Shown here in pieces: positions 36,558 to 49,839 of a DNA stretch of 64,000 nt (positions are counted from its first letter, which is position 1; every line of letters starts with the position of its first letter). A program made the position numbers and the translations under genes. This DNA comes from Octopus vulgaris. Its lineage: Eukaryota. The notes beneath the pieces were generated by a model. The model was not told where the DNA came from. It saw only the letters and a program-made list of their open reading frames with translations, and made no database searches. The stretch spans positions 167,710,001-167,774,000 of the forward strand of contig OX597814.1 in the NCBI GenBank assembly GCA_951406725.2, given 5' to 3'.

Positions 36558-37690
36558 GTTCCAATTGAACCAACACAGCTAAAACTTATAAGTAACTGTC
36601 ACATTTGATATACAAATTATGTTTGACTTGACAATTAGTATTGAGTTCTACATCAGATATGGTTTTTGTTAATGTTTAACTTTCCCCCATATATGTTGAA
36701 TATCTGTGCTATAAATTCATATCATATCCAGTGGTTTACTATGTCTTAATTTGTAATGTGGCCATTGTTATTCCTATATTTAGTTTGTTAGAATGATGTT
36801 TTTCTTAGATGTTACTCTTATCAGAAACCTGTTTTTGTTTTTAATCAAGAATTACTATCTATAATAAGAAATTTTTAAAAAAAGAAAGAAAAAGGCTAAA
36901 TAAATATAAAAATAACCTAAAAATTCTGTAGGTGTGTATAAGAAAAATTGTGGGAGTGAAAAAAAAACTAATGTCTTTTACAAAAGAAAATTTGTTTCAC
37001 TTAAATGATCAATGTTAATTGATTCAGATAGTATTTAAATCAATAGTAGTATTATATTTGCAAAAGGCAAATTTCAAATGGTACTGGTTGAACCTTCTGG
37101 GGGAATGCCAGATATCGATGAAAATACATTTCAATGTATCATCATTATTCCATTCAGTGGAATTATGAACTTGATCATGAAGTTAAAGTATCAGAGCAGG
37201 ATTGCTTTGCTACCGACTCATTATTTCATGTTTTAGCAGACTTTTTTTTTAATGTTTTTATGTATTTTATATTTTGATTTTGATATCATACTAAAAGTAA
37301 TATCAAATGACTTAGTTCAGTTGTTTTGTTTGTTTTTACAATTACTGAGGCATTGTTTTACAGCCAGATACCCTTCCTGCTGCCTACCCTTATCTATTTT
37401 ATCTTTTCAACTTAAGGAGTTTTCATTCCACTCATTTCAAAAGCACAGAGCTACTGGATAAGTTGTTAACAGGGAAATGGTAATAGATGATGGTGTCCAT
37501 ACTTCAATGATTTTTCAGATTACCAAATATAAGCATTCACACTGACACACATATAAACATACTAAATTCCCTTACAAGACATTGGTTACCCCAGGGCTAC
37601 AGTAGAAAATATTTATCCAAGGTGTGACACAGAGGAACAAGACCTGAAACCAAAGTTGTAAAGTGAATTTTCTTAACCACAAACAGTCAT

Positions 37691-37902
37691 TCTCTTTTTA
37701 CTTGTTTGTCATTTTGACTGCGGCCATGCTGGAGCACCGCCTTTAATTGAGCAACTTGACCACGGGACTTATTCTTTGTAAGCCTAGTACTTATTCTATC
37801 GGTCCCTTTTGCCAAACCGCTAAGTGACGGGGACATAAACACACCAGCATCAGTTGTCAAGCAATGATAGGGGGACAAACACAGACACACAAACATACAC
37901 GC

Positions 37903-37933
<31 letters not shown>

Positions 37934-38093
37934 CGACAGGCTTCTTTCAGTTTCCGTCTACCAATTCCACTCACAAGGCTTTGGTTGGCCCGAGGCTATA
38001 GTAGAAGACACTTGCCCAAGGTGCCACACAGTGGGTCTGAACCCGGAACCATGTGGTTGGTAAACAAGCTACTTACCACACAGCCACTCCTGC
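37691..38093 (-). mobile_element. Young SINE-A nested in an older SINE-A
   Basis: Full body; GTCAT repeated at 37686-37690 and 38094-38098. Confidence 0.85.
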
Positions 38094-38317
38094 GTCATGT
38101 CTGTATTTATTTTATAAATATAGTAAGGAAAGGTATAAACAAATTTAATACTCATTTACTACTAAGTGTCCAGTGTTGCTTATAAGAGTGCAGTGCACTA
38201 GGGGATGAGGGCTTATATGGTAACTAGATGTTGTATCTCCTTTGTATCAAGTATATAAACTTGTCGCTTATTCTAGTACAACAGTAATGTCCAGAGATAA
38301 GATTTTAAAAATATCTC

Positions 38318-38521
38318 TTATCTTTTATTTGTTTCAGTCATTGGATTGTTGCCATGTTGGGACATTACCTTGAAGGGTTTTAGTTGAATCAATTGACCCT
38401 AGTATTTATTTTGCTAATTTTTTAAAGCATTCTATCAGTCTCTTATGCCAAACCGCTAAGATACAGGGATGCAAACAAACCAACATTGCTTGTCATGTGG
38501 TAGCAGAAGACAAACACAAAG

Positions 38522-38554
<33 letters not shown>

Positions 38555-38735
38555 CATGCACACACACACACAGTGGGCTTCTTTCAATTTCTGTCTACTG
38601 AATCCACTTACAAGGCTCTGGTTGGCCCAGGGCTATACTTGGAGGTGTTTCCTACTCGAGGTGCCATGCAGTAGGACTAAACCCAGAACCATATGGTTGG
38701 AAAGCGAACTTCTTACCACTCAGCAATGTTTGCAC
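38318..38735 (-). mobile_element. SINE-A, older copy
   Basis: Similarity to family A copies. Confidence 0.7.
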
Positions 38736-39479
38736 TTATGTATTAATTTTCTTGTTTTCTTCATTTACGCTATTATTTTGAAAAGAAATAGGTCAATTTT
38801 TCCTCATCATAAATATATTACTTAAGGTTTCTGATAATTGCAATGGTTTCCCAACAAATCTACCCAAATAATTGAGTTCCCAAAATGAAAAATATAAAAA
38901 CAGTCTCAGCATTCTAAGAATAAAAGTTCTTCTATTGGAATTTTTATCTGAAATTTTTTTTTCCTTCTTTTTTCAGCTCTTATGTGTCACTTAGAACTTG
39001 ATTTTCATGTTATTTATACAGTAAAAATCAATAAATGTATTGGAAAAAATAGAAATATTATTAGACAATGGTAAACATGGGCATGCAGCGATACCATACA
39101 TCTTAGTGTGTGTTATAAGTTTTAATAAATGCTAAGGTAGTCAAACCATATAAAACCATTCTGTAGTGTGTTTTCAGTCAGTCTTTATTTTCTGTTATTC
39201 ATTTTATAGTCTCGTTATAAAGATTAAATATTGAAGGTTAATGGTCATATAGTTTCATTTTATTTTATCGTGTCCATTGATACAGTGTATATTCTAGTTA
39301 ACTGCTTGTCTTAGAACTGTTATATTCCACTCTGTGATTGCTGTGTAGTGTTTACCTATCATATTTTAAATTTGCCACTTACAACTAGTCAAGTTGCATC
39401 TAACGTACTGAATGTAGTTAACCAAAAAATGTTTATTTAATTGAAATTACACTTGTTAGGAGGAAGAAAAATTATTAGC

Positions 39480-39754
39480 TTTTTATCTTTTATGCGTTTC
39501 AGCCATTGGGCTGCAGTCATGCTGGTGCACTGCCTTGAAAATGTTTTTTTTGTTGAACAAATTGTCCCCAGTATTTAAATTTTAAGTCAAGTAGTTATTT
39601 TGTTAGTCTCTTTTATCAAGCCACTAAGTTACAGGGATGTGAACAAACCAACATTAATTGTCAAGGGGTGGAGGTGGGGGCAAACACAGTTGCAAAGAGA
39701 TATATTCCAACGTGTGTGTGTGTGTGTTTATATATATATATATGTGTGTGTGTT

Positions 39755-39785
<31 letters not shown>

Positions 39786-39795
39786 ATGTATATAA

Positions 39796-39845
<50 letters not shown>

Positions 39846-40190
39846 ATGTATATATATGTGTATATATGTATATGCATGTGTGTTTATATGTGTGTGTGTG
39901 TATGTATATATATGTGTATATATGTATATGCATGTGTGTTTATATATATATGTATACATATATATATATATATGTATGTGTGTGTATATGTATACATATA
40001 TGCATATATATATGTGTGTGTGTCTTTGTACCTGTATTTGTTCCCCACCCCCCATCACAGACTTCCAAGTAGTTTCCGGCCCTGGATTATACTGGAAGTT
40101 ATTTGCCCAAGGTGCTATACATGGGACTAAACCCAAAATCATGTGGTTGCAAAGAGTGGACTTCTTGACAACACAGGCATGCCTGTGTCT
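39480..40190 (-). mobile_element. SINE-A with expanded internal microsatellite (39712-40022)
   Basis: Tail at 39480-39700, head at 40060-40190, TG/TA expansion between. Confidence 0.7.
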
Positions 40191-42403
40191 ATATGTTTTT
40201 TGTGAGCTTTTCTTTTTTACTTTTTTGCAAAGGAAACAACTTCAAAATCCAAATTAATTAAAAACTGGATGGAGCATGCAATGGGGAGCTAGCATTATTA
40301 TTTGGCAAGTATGATGATATGATAGCTCTGAACATGTTTTGGTCATATTATATTTCTTCAACTAAGCATAGTATTATATTTAACAGATGCCAAAATGATA
40401 TGGTGTATTTTTTTTTAAATTGTTGTAGATCACTACTTATATTTCTTGGATATTCTTGTGAATAGCCTTTAAAACCAAAAGTACTCTAAGGTTTACTTTT
40501 TTGTTTTTGTAGCTATTTCAGTGATTTTATGCCATTTTTGTCTATCACATTATTTGATTTTGCCTATGCTATTACTTTGGATTATGTGTCATGTGTCAGA
40601 CAATTGAGTAAGATTAGTATAGTAAACACAGAATGTAATGAGCTGAATGTTTTTGCCATGCAAGAATGCTACTGAGAAGACACTCGACAAGATTGCAATC
40701 CTTTCCTGAAGGGCTGCATGTAACAATTGATGCAGAAATAGAGAAAGAGATAGCTTTGCTAAATATTACTGCAGTCTGTTGTTTGTATAGTAGCAATTTA
40801 TAATATTTAGATCTTGTAGATAGTTAACAGCATCTCATGAATGAATTGTTTCATGGTTATGGTGAGAAAACTAAATCTTCAGGATGCAAAATGAGTTAAG
40901 TTGAGATCGTGGAATTTCTAACAGATGGAAAGTGTTGTTAAACACTTGTCATATGAAATCTGATCTGAAATGTTTGTGTAAATCCCCAAGTTCCGTATTA
41001 GTAGCTCCATATTTGCATTTATTAAAGGAGCTCTGTTACGTTACATCTCATTAACTCTGAGTGTCATCAAAGTTCCATTATATTCTCAATATTTATTCCA
41101 TTAATGTTAATGATCCATTATCTCCAATCTCCTTTACTCATTTGCTAGGAGTATAATTTCAAATCCCTATTGACTTTAAAATGTTACAATGTGATAGCCT
41201 AAAACTTAGGATTCTTTTCTTTTAACACAATTAACTTAAATGTTCCATGTTTAATGAGAGATAAACTCAAATGCCACTTGTCTCTAAGAAATATTACAGC
41301 ATTGACCTCACTTTTTTTAAAAATATGTACAGCGCATGGTTAAAAGATTCTCTTCAATACTGATGTCAAATCCTGATAGTTTTCCTAAAACTTCATAAAA
41401 ATGATTCACTTAGCTTTCCAAAAGTAAAAATTCTTAGTTTACTTTAAATCTGAACAATTCATCTTAATTATATAATGTAAATCTTAAATTTTAGTCAATT
41501 ACCAAGTGCTGTTTTAATATATTTCATGACAAATCTACCTCAATTATTAATATTTTTGTTATATCCAGAAATGGAAAAATATCATCAGTTTGATTGGCAA
41601 CTATAGTTTGCCAATTATAGCCAACTTAATCTTTCATCTGTTTTTACTAATCTCTACTCCTCACAATTTTTTCAAACCTACTTGAAAATTCTTATTGCAT
41701 TTATCTTGTTTTTCTCCACCTTTTGAGTATCTCTTTTGTTATATTCAGATTATTTAGTATTGGTTTATATCACCACCAGTGTTTTAAGGATAAATTATTT
41801 TGTATCTATGTGCGATAATGACAATGTTTCACTCCAGGTCAGCTCTGATTAATTAGACTGATAACCAGAGGCATTTTAGCCATTACCATCCCATTTTATT
41901 TTCAAGCACAGTGTGTCTTTGGAGACCTAGTTTTTTTATGTAGGAATCTACAGAAACTACACCATTGACTGGTTTCCCCATTGATTTTTTCCTGATCCAC
42001 AATTAGACTTGAAGTAAACACTGTAAGCAACTGAACCACTAATTAAATCTATAAGTCTCTAGTGAACTATACCGCCTTACAATATCTACTTAAAACTAAG
42101 TGAATGTAGTTATTGAGTGTTCGTTAATTTAAATCCAACATTACCACTACCCAGGTATTCCAGTCTCTTGGCCTTGGAAACTTAAGGAGTTATGGGCACT
42201 GCACCTTCTCATCAAACTAAAATATAAATTCTATTGAGTGACTCTGTGTGTTTGTAGTAGTAGCAGTAGTAGTCAGCGGCAGAGGCGGCGTTTAGCCACA
42301 TGTAAGCCCTGACTGAGTCTACTTAGATGAAAAGCATTCTAACCATGAATATTCTGTCTTTTCCTTTTTCTTTTTTCAACATTATGTACCTAAGACAAGG
42401 TTA

Positions 42404-43529
42404 TTAGGTTCGCTAAAAAGTTCATTTGGTTTTTGTCAACATCAAACTTCAAGCACTTCCATCTGTCCCTTGTGCATGCACACTCATTAGTTGCTTGACA
42501 TTTCAATATAGTTCAATGTGAACTTGCAACAAGACAAGTTGTACTTTGTATACTTAAAATCACCTTGAAAACAGGGAACCAAAACAAACAAAGCACAGAA
42601 ACCTGCAGAAAGATATGCACTGTGTATGGATAAGATGCAGTTATGAAATATGTATGCCAGAAGTGGTTTTTCAAGATTTCAATCTGGAAGTTTTTCAGTT
42701 AAAGATGCAAATCAAGTGTTGAAAACCATCTGCATTAACTTGGATACACCAGCTAGCTTAATATTCGGGTCCCACATCAGTTGAATGAGGCTAACCTCAC
42801 CCTCTAGATTTCCAGCTACAGTTCATTGTAGAAATGGGAAAAAAAATTATTCTTATTTGGAAGAGAATGGTGACAGGGATATAAAAAACAAAACGGATTA
42901 TCTATAACACTGTGAAGCACAAATGATCATGGAGAAAGCACAGCAAACCACCACAAGCAACATGCAAAGCAGGGTTTAACCTGAAGAGAGTTATGCTTTC
43001 AATTTAGTGGGATTGGAAGGGTGTTTTCTTTTATAAGCTTCTTCCCACAGTCAGAACCATCAATTTAGACATGTACTGTTGGTTACAATACACATTGAAT
43101 TGATGATTCTGACTAGACAAATTAAATGTGGTAGTCTACATCCAGCACTTGCTAATTGTAAGAGCATTGTCTTTTATCATAACAATGCCAGACTGCACAC
43201 TTTTTGCTGACATGGGTAGAAGCAACTGGGGCTTGACTATGAAGTTTTGCTGCACTCACCTTCAGATTTCCACCTATTTCAGTTTCTTCAAAATTCATTG
43301 AATGGACTGACCTTCAGTACTGAAGGATGTAAAACTTTATTTGGAAGAGTATTTTTGCGAGTTAAACAGGAAATTTTTGAGCAGGAAATAATGGATCTGC
43401 CCACAAGATGGCAGAAAATACTGAAATGTAACAGTAGTTATATCACTGATTGAATAACTAATTTTGTACTTAAGACTTCTGCCTGATTTTCACTTTAAGA
43501 AAAATAAACAGACTTTTTGACCAACCCAA
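42404..43529 (+). mobile_element. Mariner DNA transposon with transposase pseudogene
   Basis: TA|TTAGGTTCGCTAAAAAGT...ACTTTTTGACCAACCCAA|TA TIRs. Relics CRKICTVYG, CQKWF, VPHQL, MVTGD, WDWKG, HNNARLH and PSDFHLF with stops and frameshifts. Inserted in a family-D repeat. Confidence 0.9.
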
Positions 43530-43749
43530 TATATAATGTGTCCTTCCTTTTTTAAAATGTAAGGGTGTCATTTGGGGAGGATTTGACTGCTATTTCTAGT
43601 AAGTAGGTAACTCCTTAGCTCCATAACAGTGTGTAGACAGTTAGCAAAAACCTTGATGTAATCATTTGCCTGAATTTGGAGCTAAATTAGTTACATTAAA
43701 TATTGCTTGTTATGGAGAAGGCGAAATAGAGTATAAACTGGCTGATTAA

Positions 43750-43919
43750 TCTTTTGATACCAACCTAGCCAATACTGCTATTGGTTCAATTATACAAACT
43801 TGCTGTTTGAAAGTGATCTAAGTGACAACAACAAAGTTATTTTAGTAAATTCTTCATTATTTTAAAATCAAAAGGAATCAAAGGCAATGCATTTTAACAG
43901 AAATGCAGTAATAAAAGAG
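43750..43919. mobile_element. piggyBac-like MITE, family 2 (old, internally deleted)
   Basis: TTAA at 43746-43749 and 43920-43923; similar to 19456-19673. Confidence 0.55.
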
Positions 43920-46879
43920 TTAATGATAAAATATTAAGTATTATAAGGTGATAGATTATTGTTTTTGTTATTTATTCATTTTGTCCCCAGATCAGATTGT
44001 TTAAACAGACCTATGATCAGACATTCTCCCTGTAACAATTTGCTCAATGATTGTAGATAGAAGCTACAGGTAGGCTTGACAGACCTTAGTAATGTTAAGT
44101 TAGTTAAGTTAGTTTTAATGTATTTAATTTGTTCAGGAAACATAAAAAAAAGCTAACTAGAATTAATTACATCGTGAAGAACATAGACTAACAGTTTTTT
44201 TTTTTTCCTTTTTTTCTCTTTCATCACCTAATTAATCTAAGTTTAACTTTTTTGATGCTTCTCATATTGAATATGTTAACACTAACTAAACCACTGTTTT
44301 TCATACAGATGGTGTTCCTGAGTAATTTATTCTCTAAACAGACCTCAAAAAATTTATGCTAACAAGAGACACATTTGAAAGTAGAAACTTTAAATGGAAA
44401 TAAGTTTGTAAACTCGCTCAAACCATACTGATTGAGATAGATAGAAATATATAATGATGGTAGGTGGTAGTATTTTAGTAAGTGATGCAGAAGTTTTGTT
44501 TTTACTGTACAAATATAATCAATGTTTAATATAAAACTTACTAATCATTTGCAGAGGCATAAAAGTAATTAAAGACTAATTTATTTATGCTAACAAAATG
44601 TCAGCTTATCTGAACATGAAGCGAATTATATATAATTTGACATGAAAAGTGTTTGGTGAAAGATTGTGTCATTACTAGAAAATGAAATATTAACATAATA
44701 AGAGTTTTTCAGATGATTGACTTAAAAGGGTAATATTCAACATCAAACCGAACATACTACCAATTGTTTCATGAAACAGCTGAATCTGTAGACCGTTTAT
44801 TTGTTTACTATTTTGTACTTGTTTGTATTTGAGCTAACATTAAATAGCTTTGTCTGGTTTGCAACTGATCAAAGATCAACTTATTTATTTTCTTGTTTGT
44901 TCAGTAATTTGCTATAATTTGAGCTTATGGCCATATCTGAACATATTAATCTAGTACTTTAACCACTTACTCCTTATGTCCCTTGGTAGATTGTAATTGT
45001 AGGTCTGTGTATTGGCAGAATCATTAGAGTTTTGGATAAAATACCTTGCAATATTTAGTTGCACCTTTACATCAACTTTACCTTTCATACTTCTGGGAGT
45101 TAATAAAATATAATATCAATCTAAAGATGATGTACATTTCAATAACGCATCTTAAGTATGAAAGGAATTATAGTAGAAGACTAAGACTAAAATCCTATTT
45201 AATCTTCAGAGGTATACAAATATGAGGAAATGCTTGTGTAAGAAATGAAAATATTAGTTTTCTTTTATATTAATATAATATTTTAAATCTAAAGGAGGTG
45301 ATGGAATGTTATAAGGATTATGTCTTTCCTGAGAGCTTTAGCACTGTTATGTTAAATCTAAATATTTGAATATCTACTGAATAAAAATGGGTTTTAGGTT
45401 TATTAATAAACTTCAGTTTATATTAGTTATTGTTGTTTAACTCCAGGATAACCATGATCTGGCCTGTAGGAAGTCAGCCTAGTGACTTGCTGCAATCAAG
45501 TAAGGTATCAACTCTTTATTGTTTGACCAGTGTTCCATCCATACCACATGCTATCTCAATTTTAGGCAAAAGACATCCAATGTGTCCTTCCTTTCCCCTT
45601 TCCCATAATAAAAATGTATGGTTTGAAAGTGATTCTTTACTTTCAGTAGTTCATGCAACAGCATAGAGGGTCCTTTCTTAACTTGGTTTACATTGTTTTT
45701 GAGTCTGAGAAACAAATCCCATTACCTTTCTGATAGACATTATTTATTTTATTTTGTAATTTAACAATAGCATTGTTTCTTGAAGGTTTCCAACCTGCCA
45801 ATCACTGGTTTATTGCATTTTTAATGGCAAGAGTGTCAAAGGAGTGTCGCTACTTTTTCAGTTTTTTACTATAAAGGCCCCTTTTGATCATGACAGCCTA
45901 TGAGTTTCTGCACCTTCGAAAGTTTTCCAAGGTACAGGCCTGGCCAACAGTTTTGGCAAGCAGACCAGTAGTTGTCCATGCATGCAACTCTCCACCTTCC
46001 ATGCTACCAATAATATCCAGAAGAAAATCAATGTCAATACAGCTTGGCATTAGTGTTATTACAGGTGTTGCTCTCAAAATACAAATAGCCAAGACAGGTG
46101 CTGCAAGGCGTCCCATTCAGTGCTTTAACAGTTCCTCCAGTCCCCTTCTTTGGGCTGATACATTTTTAGCAATCCCAAAAGGATGAAAGCCTGGAAGGCT
46201 CCCTTGGAGTTGATAGTGTTTGTTACCTAGGTGACCTAATTACCAATGGAAGTGAGTGTTCTGAAAGCATAGTAGTCAACATGCTCTTTCCATTCACCCT
46301 CCTCTCTCCTTTCCACTCTACCATACAGTCCATATGACTAGAAATGATATTAGATATGTCATCCTTCTGACTGTCATCCTCTCTCCATTTTACTGTGTGT
46401 CACCTGTGTAGCAAGAGTTGGCATTCTACCACTCCTCTTGCTTTCTCTTCCACTATGATGCCTTTGTATGAGTGGGTAGCATCACATCTGTTCATATCTT
46501 AAAGGCTCTATCATCAGCCTTATTGTACTGCCAATCATCACTCTTTTTCCTCCCCTTCCATCATCTCATATCTATTACCATCTATCACTTGATATTTCTT
46601 TTATGACAGCAAACATCTAGCTATTATCAATGCCTTACTTCCACTTTATTGTCACTCTCCCCAACTCCCTCATCTACTTTCTTACTCCAATTACTGTTTC
46701 TCTCATCATATTCCCTTTCCCTTCACCCACTTATCATTACTTCTCTTCTATATATATCCATTGCTCTCCATTCTACACATCTTCTTCATGTTGTGTTGAA
46801 ACCTATTGAGACACCTGTAGTATAGTGAGAACTTGATAGCCTTGCAGAACAGAAGTGAATCTCACTAATACTGGAATCA

Positions 46880-47215
46880 TAAAGAAAAGCACCCAGTACA
46901 CTCTGTGAAGTGGTTGGTAAATGTGTAAAGACAATGCCTAGGTAAAAGGGTCCTTTAATCTTGCCAAGGACATTACAATTTCTCCGGCATTAGTGCCACA
47001 AAAAAAATGTACCCAGTACATTCTGTAAAGTAGCTGGTGTTAGAAAAAAAAACATCAAGCTATAGAAACAATACCAAAGTTGAACTTACAAGCATGACAT
47101 AATTCTTCGACCCGTCTAGCCAGGCAGTAACACTGAATAAGCACTGACTCAGACTGTGATGACCTGTTCAACACATACTAGCATAGAAAGTAGATGTAAA
47201 TGATGATGATGATAA
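46880..47215 (+). mobile_element. RTE LINE 3' end, decayed
   Basis: ACCCAGTACAYTCTGT unit twice; ...CATACTAGCATAGAAAG...(GAT)n terminus. Confidence 0.55.
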
Positions 47216-48109
47216 TAATGGTGGTGATAAATTTGTATATTTGAATACTGTTAAATAATATTTTAAACATTAGCTACTCGACTATAAAATTCATGTGGCA
47301 GCCATTATCAGTTGGACAGATTATATGAGGTGTAAAGTTTACTGTCTAAGCAAACAGTGTTAATTACCAGGTATCAAGGTCACAATGCTTTTGTCTGTAG
47401 TCCAATATCACATCCAGTAATTCTGTCTGTAGTTAAGAATGAAAATATGTAATAGAATTTTCCTGTGAAGCTATTGTTCCTCTTTTTGTGATATTAGTTA
47501 TGGAGGCTTTGTGCTAGAAATCAAATGTCAGCTGTGCTTGAACAGCTAGAAATAGTAACCTTAAAATTCTACCCAACTATCTTAAAGAAAAGGATTCATT
47601 GATTAATGTAGTTCTTCATGCATCATATCTTTAAAATAACTTGTTTACAACTGGAAGACCTTTTATTCTGTATCTGCTTGATCAGAGTTGACCTAGGGCT
47701 AAGCAACAACACTCCAACATTAGTTTTGAGCTTCCTGGTTATTAAAAGTATAGATCATGTTCATCTTTTATTTTACAATTGGTAACTGTAACCCCATAAA
47801 ATTATACTGAAGACCATGGATATACCATGAATTATACTAAAGATCATGGATATATCATACATGTAGTACTAATTTAGGACTAAGCACAAGGATAGTTTTT
47901 AAAATGGAATGTTACAGCCAGTTATATTACTTGTACTATTTTATTAATTCTACAGAGAGGAAATTCAACTCTGCTGAGATTTCAAGTCAGAAACTAGAGA
48001 GACAAGACTAACTACTATGGGTCATTTAACCTGATGCTTTACTTTTCTCCCAACTTACCCCACATTTCTAAAGTTGAAGGCACCTTGCCATACTCAAGAA
48101 AACCCATCT

Positions 48110-48362
48110 GCCACAGCAGTATTGATACTGATGCTGGTGCCACATAAAAAGCACTTGTGCTGGTGTCACATTAAAAGCACTGGTGCCACATAAAAAGCGT
48201 CCAATACACTTTGTAGAGTCATTGACATTTGGAAGGGCATCCAACCATAAAAATCATGCCAGAACAGACAATAGAGCCTAGTGCAGCCCCTGGCCTTACC
48301 ATCTCCAGTCAAACCATCCAACCTGTGTCAGCATAGAAAATGGACATTAAATGATGATGATG
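48110..48362 (+). mobile_element. RTE LINE 3' end with minisatellite
   Basis: Three GGTGCCACATAAAAAGC-type units followed by the RTE terminus. Confidence 0.65.
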
Positions 48363-49469
48363 CTGAAGAGCATTTTTTTTCTTTTAAAGAGGGGAATAGT
48401 TAATTAAATCAACTGAAGTGTTCAACTTTGCTATTCATATTCATCCATTATGTACATATTAGACGAATGGCTAAGTTGATCCTAGCAGGATCTGAATTCA
48501 GATTGCAGAGGTATGCTGAAAGGTAATTTGTCCATTACCTTACCAGCCCTACCAATCCACCACCCTCTTTTAATGTAATATTTCCTTGAAATAATTATTT
48601 TTATAATTTCAGTTATTCACAGTAAAATATCAATTTGAAAGATAAATATTTTTTGTAAATCTGAGTAATAAATGCATTTATCATAAATTATATAATGGAA
48701 TTTACCCTCCAGAAAATTTCTTTCTCACAAAAATTTTACTTAGTGGTAGAATTAGGGGGTTTATTTTATTGCTTTTTTACGAGAAGAGGAATTATTTGGG
48801 GGGGGGGTATCACTTATTTCAGTCTTATTGCTACATTGCTGAATAAACTTGTCAGTATTTTGCAATTATCAGAAACGAACATCTCAAATATTTAATTTTA
48901 CTTTGCATTATTTACGCATAAAAATGTTTGCCAGCCATGATTGTGTTAAACGCTATCATAATTCACATCATGTTTTTCCACATCAGCAAATGTCATGTCA
49001 ACATAACTATGTATTCTTCTGTGTGTTAACTTGGAAAATGTTATAGGATAGATGGGAGAAGCTAGGAAGATTTGTTTTTCTTGTTTTGATTTCCCATTAT
49101 TTACATGGATTAAAGGATTTCCTAAATTCAGTTATACGATATTGTATTGAGTATCATATTTTACTAACTTGAAATCTGATTAATCGCTATCTGCCTTCAG
49201 TTAGATTGAGAAAAACAGAAAGTTATTTCATACATAGATACTTTGCCTGAGATTTATTGGAGGGAAATGAGACCTATGGTACTTGTGCCTTTCTAATAGG
49301 CCTAAGTGACTTGAGTGAAAGGAAATATCAGGCAGGTCTGAGTTTGCAATCATGCAGATTCAGATCTGATCCTACTGCACAGCACATTTAGTTAGTGCCT
49401 TCTAACATAGACATAGATTGAATTAAGTATCTGGAAACTGTGTAGAAACCAATGATATATGTATGCACA

Positions 49470-49648
49470 TTCTTTTATTCTTTTACCTGTTTCATTCATT
49501 TGCAGCCATGCTGGCACACCACCTTGAAGGGTTTTAATCAAACAAATCAACCCCAAAACTTTTTTAAGCCGAGTACTTATTCTATCAGTCTCTTTTGTTG
49601 AACTGCCAAGTAATGGGGATGTAAACACATGCGCACACACACACATAT

Positions 49649-49689
<41 letters not shown>

Positions 49690-49839
49690 CATACAATAGT
49701 TTCCATCTGCCAAATTCATTCACAAGACTTTGGTCAGCCCAAAGCTATAGTAGAAGACACTTTCCTAAGGTGCCACACAGTGGGACTGAACCTGGAACCA
49801 TGTGGTTGGGAAGCAAGCTTCTTACCACACAGCCATGCC
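49470..49839 (-). mobile_element. SINE-A
   Basis: Similarity to family A. Confidence 0.75.

Noticed and set aside
47799-47858. 30-bp tandem duplication
   Set aside because: An ordinary slippage duplicate with no further structure.
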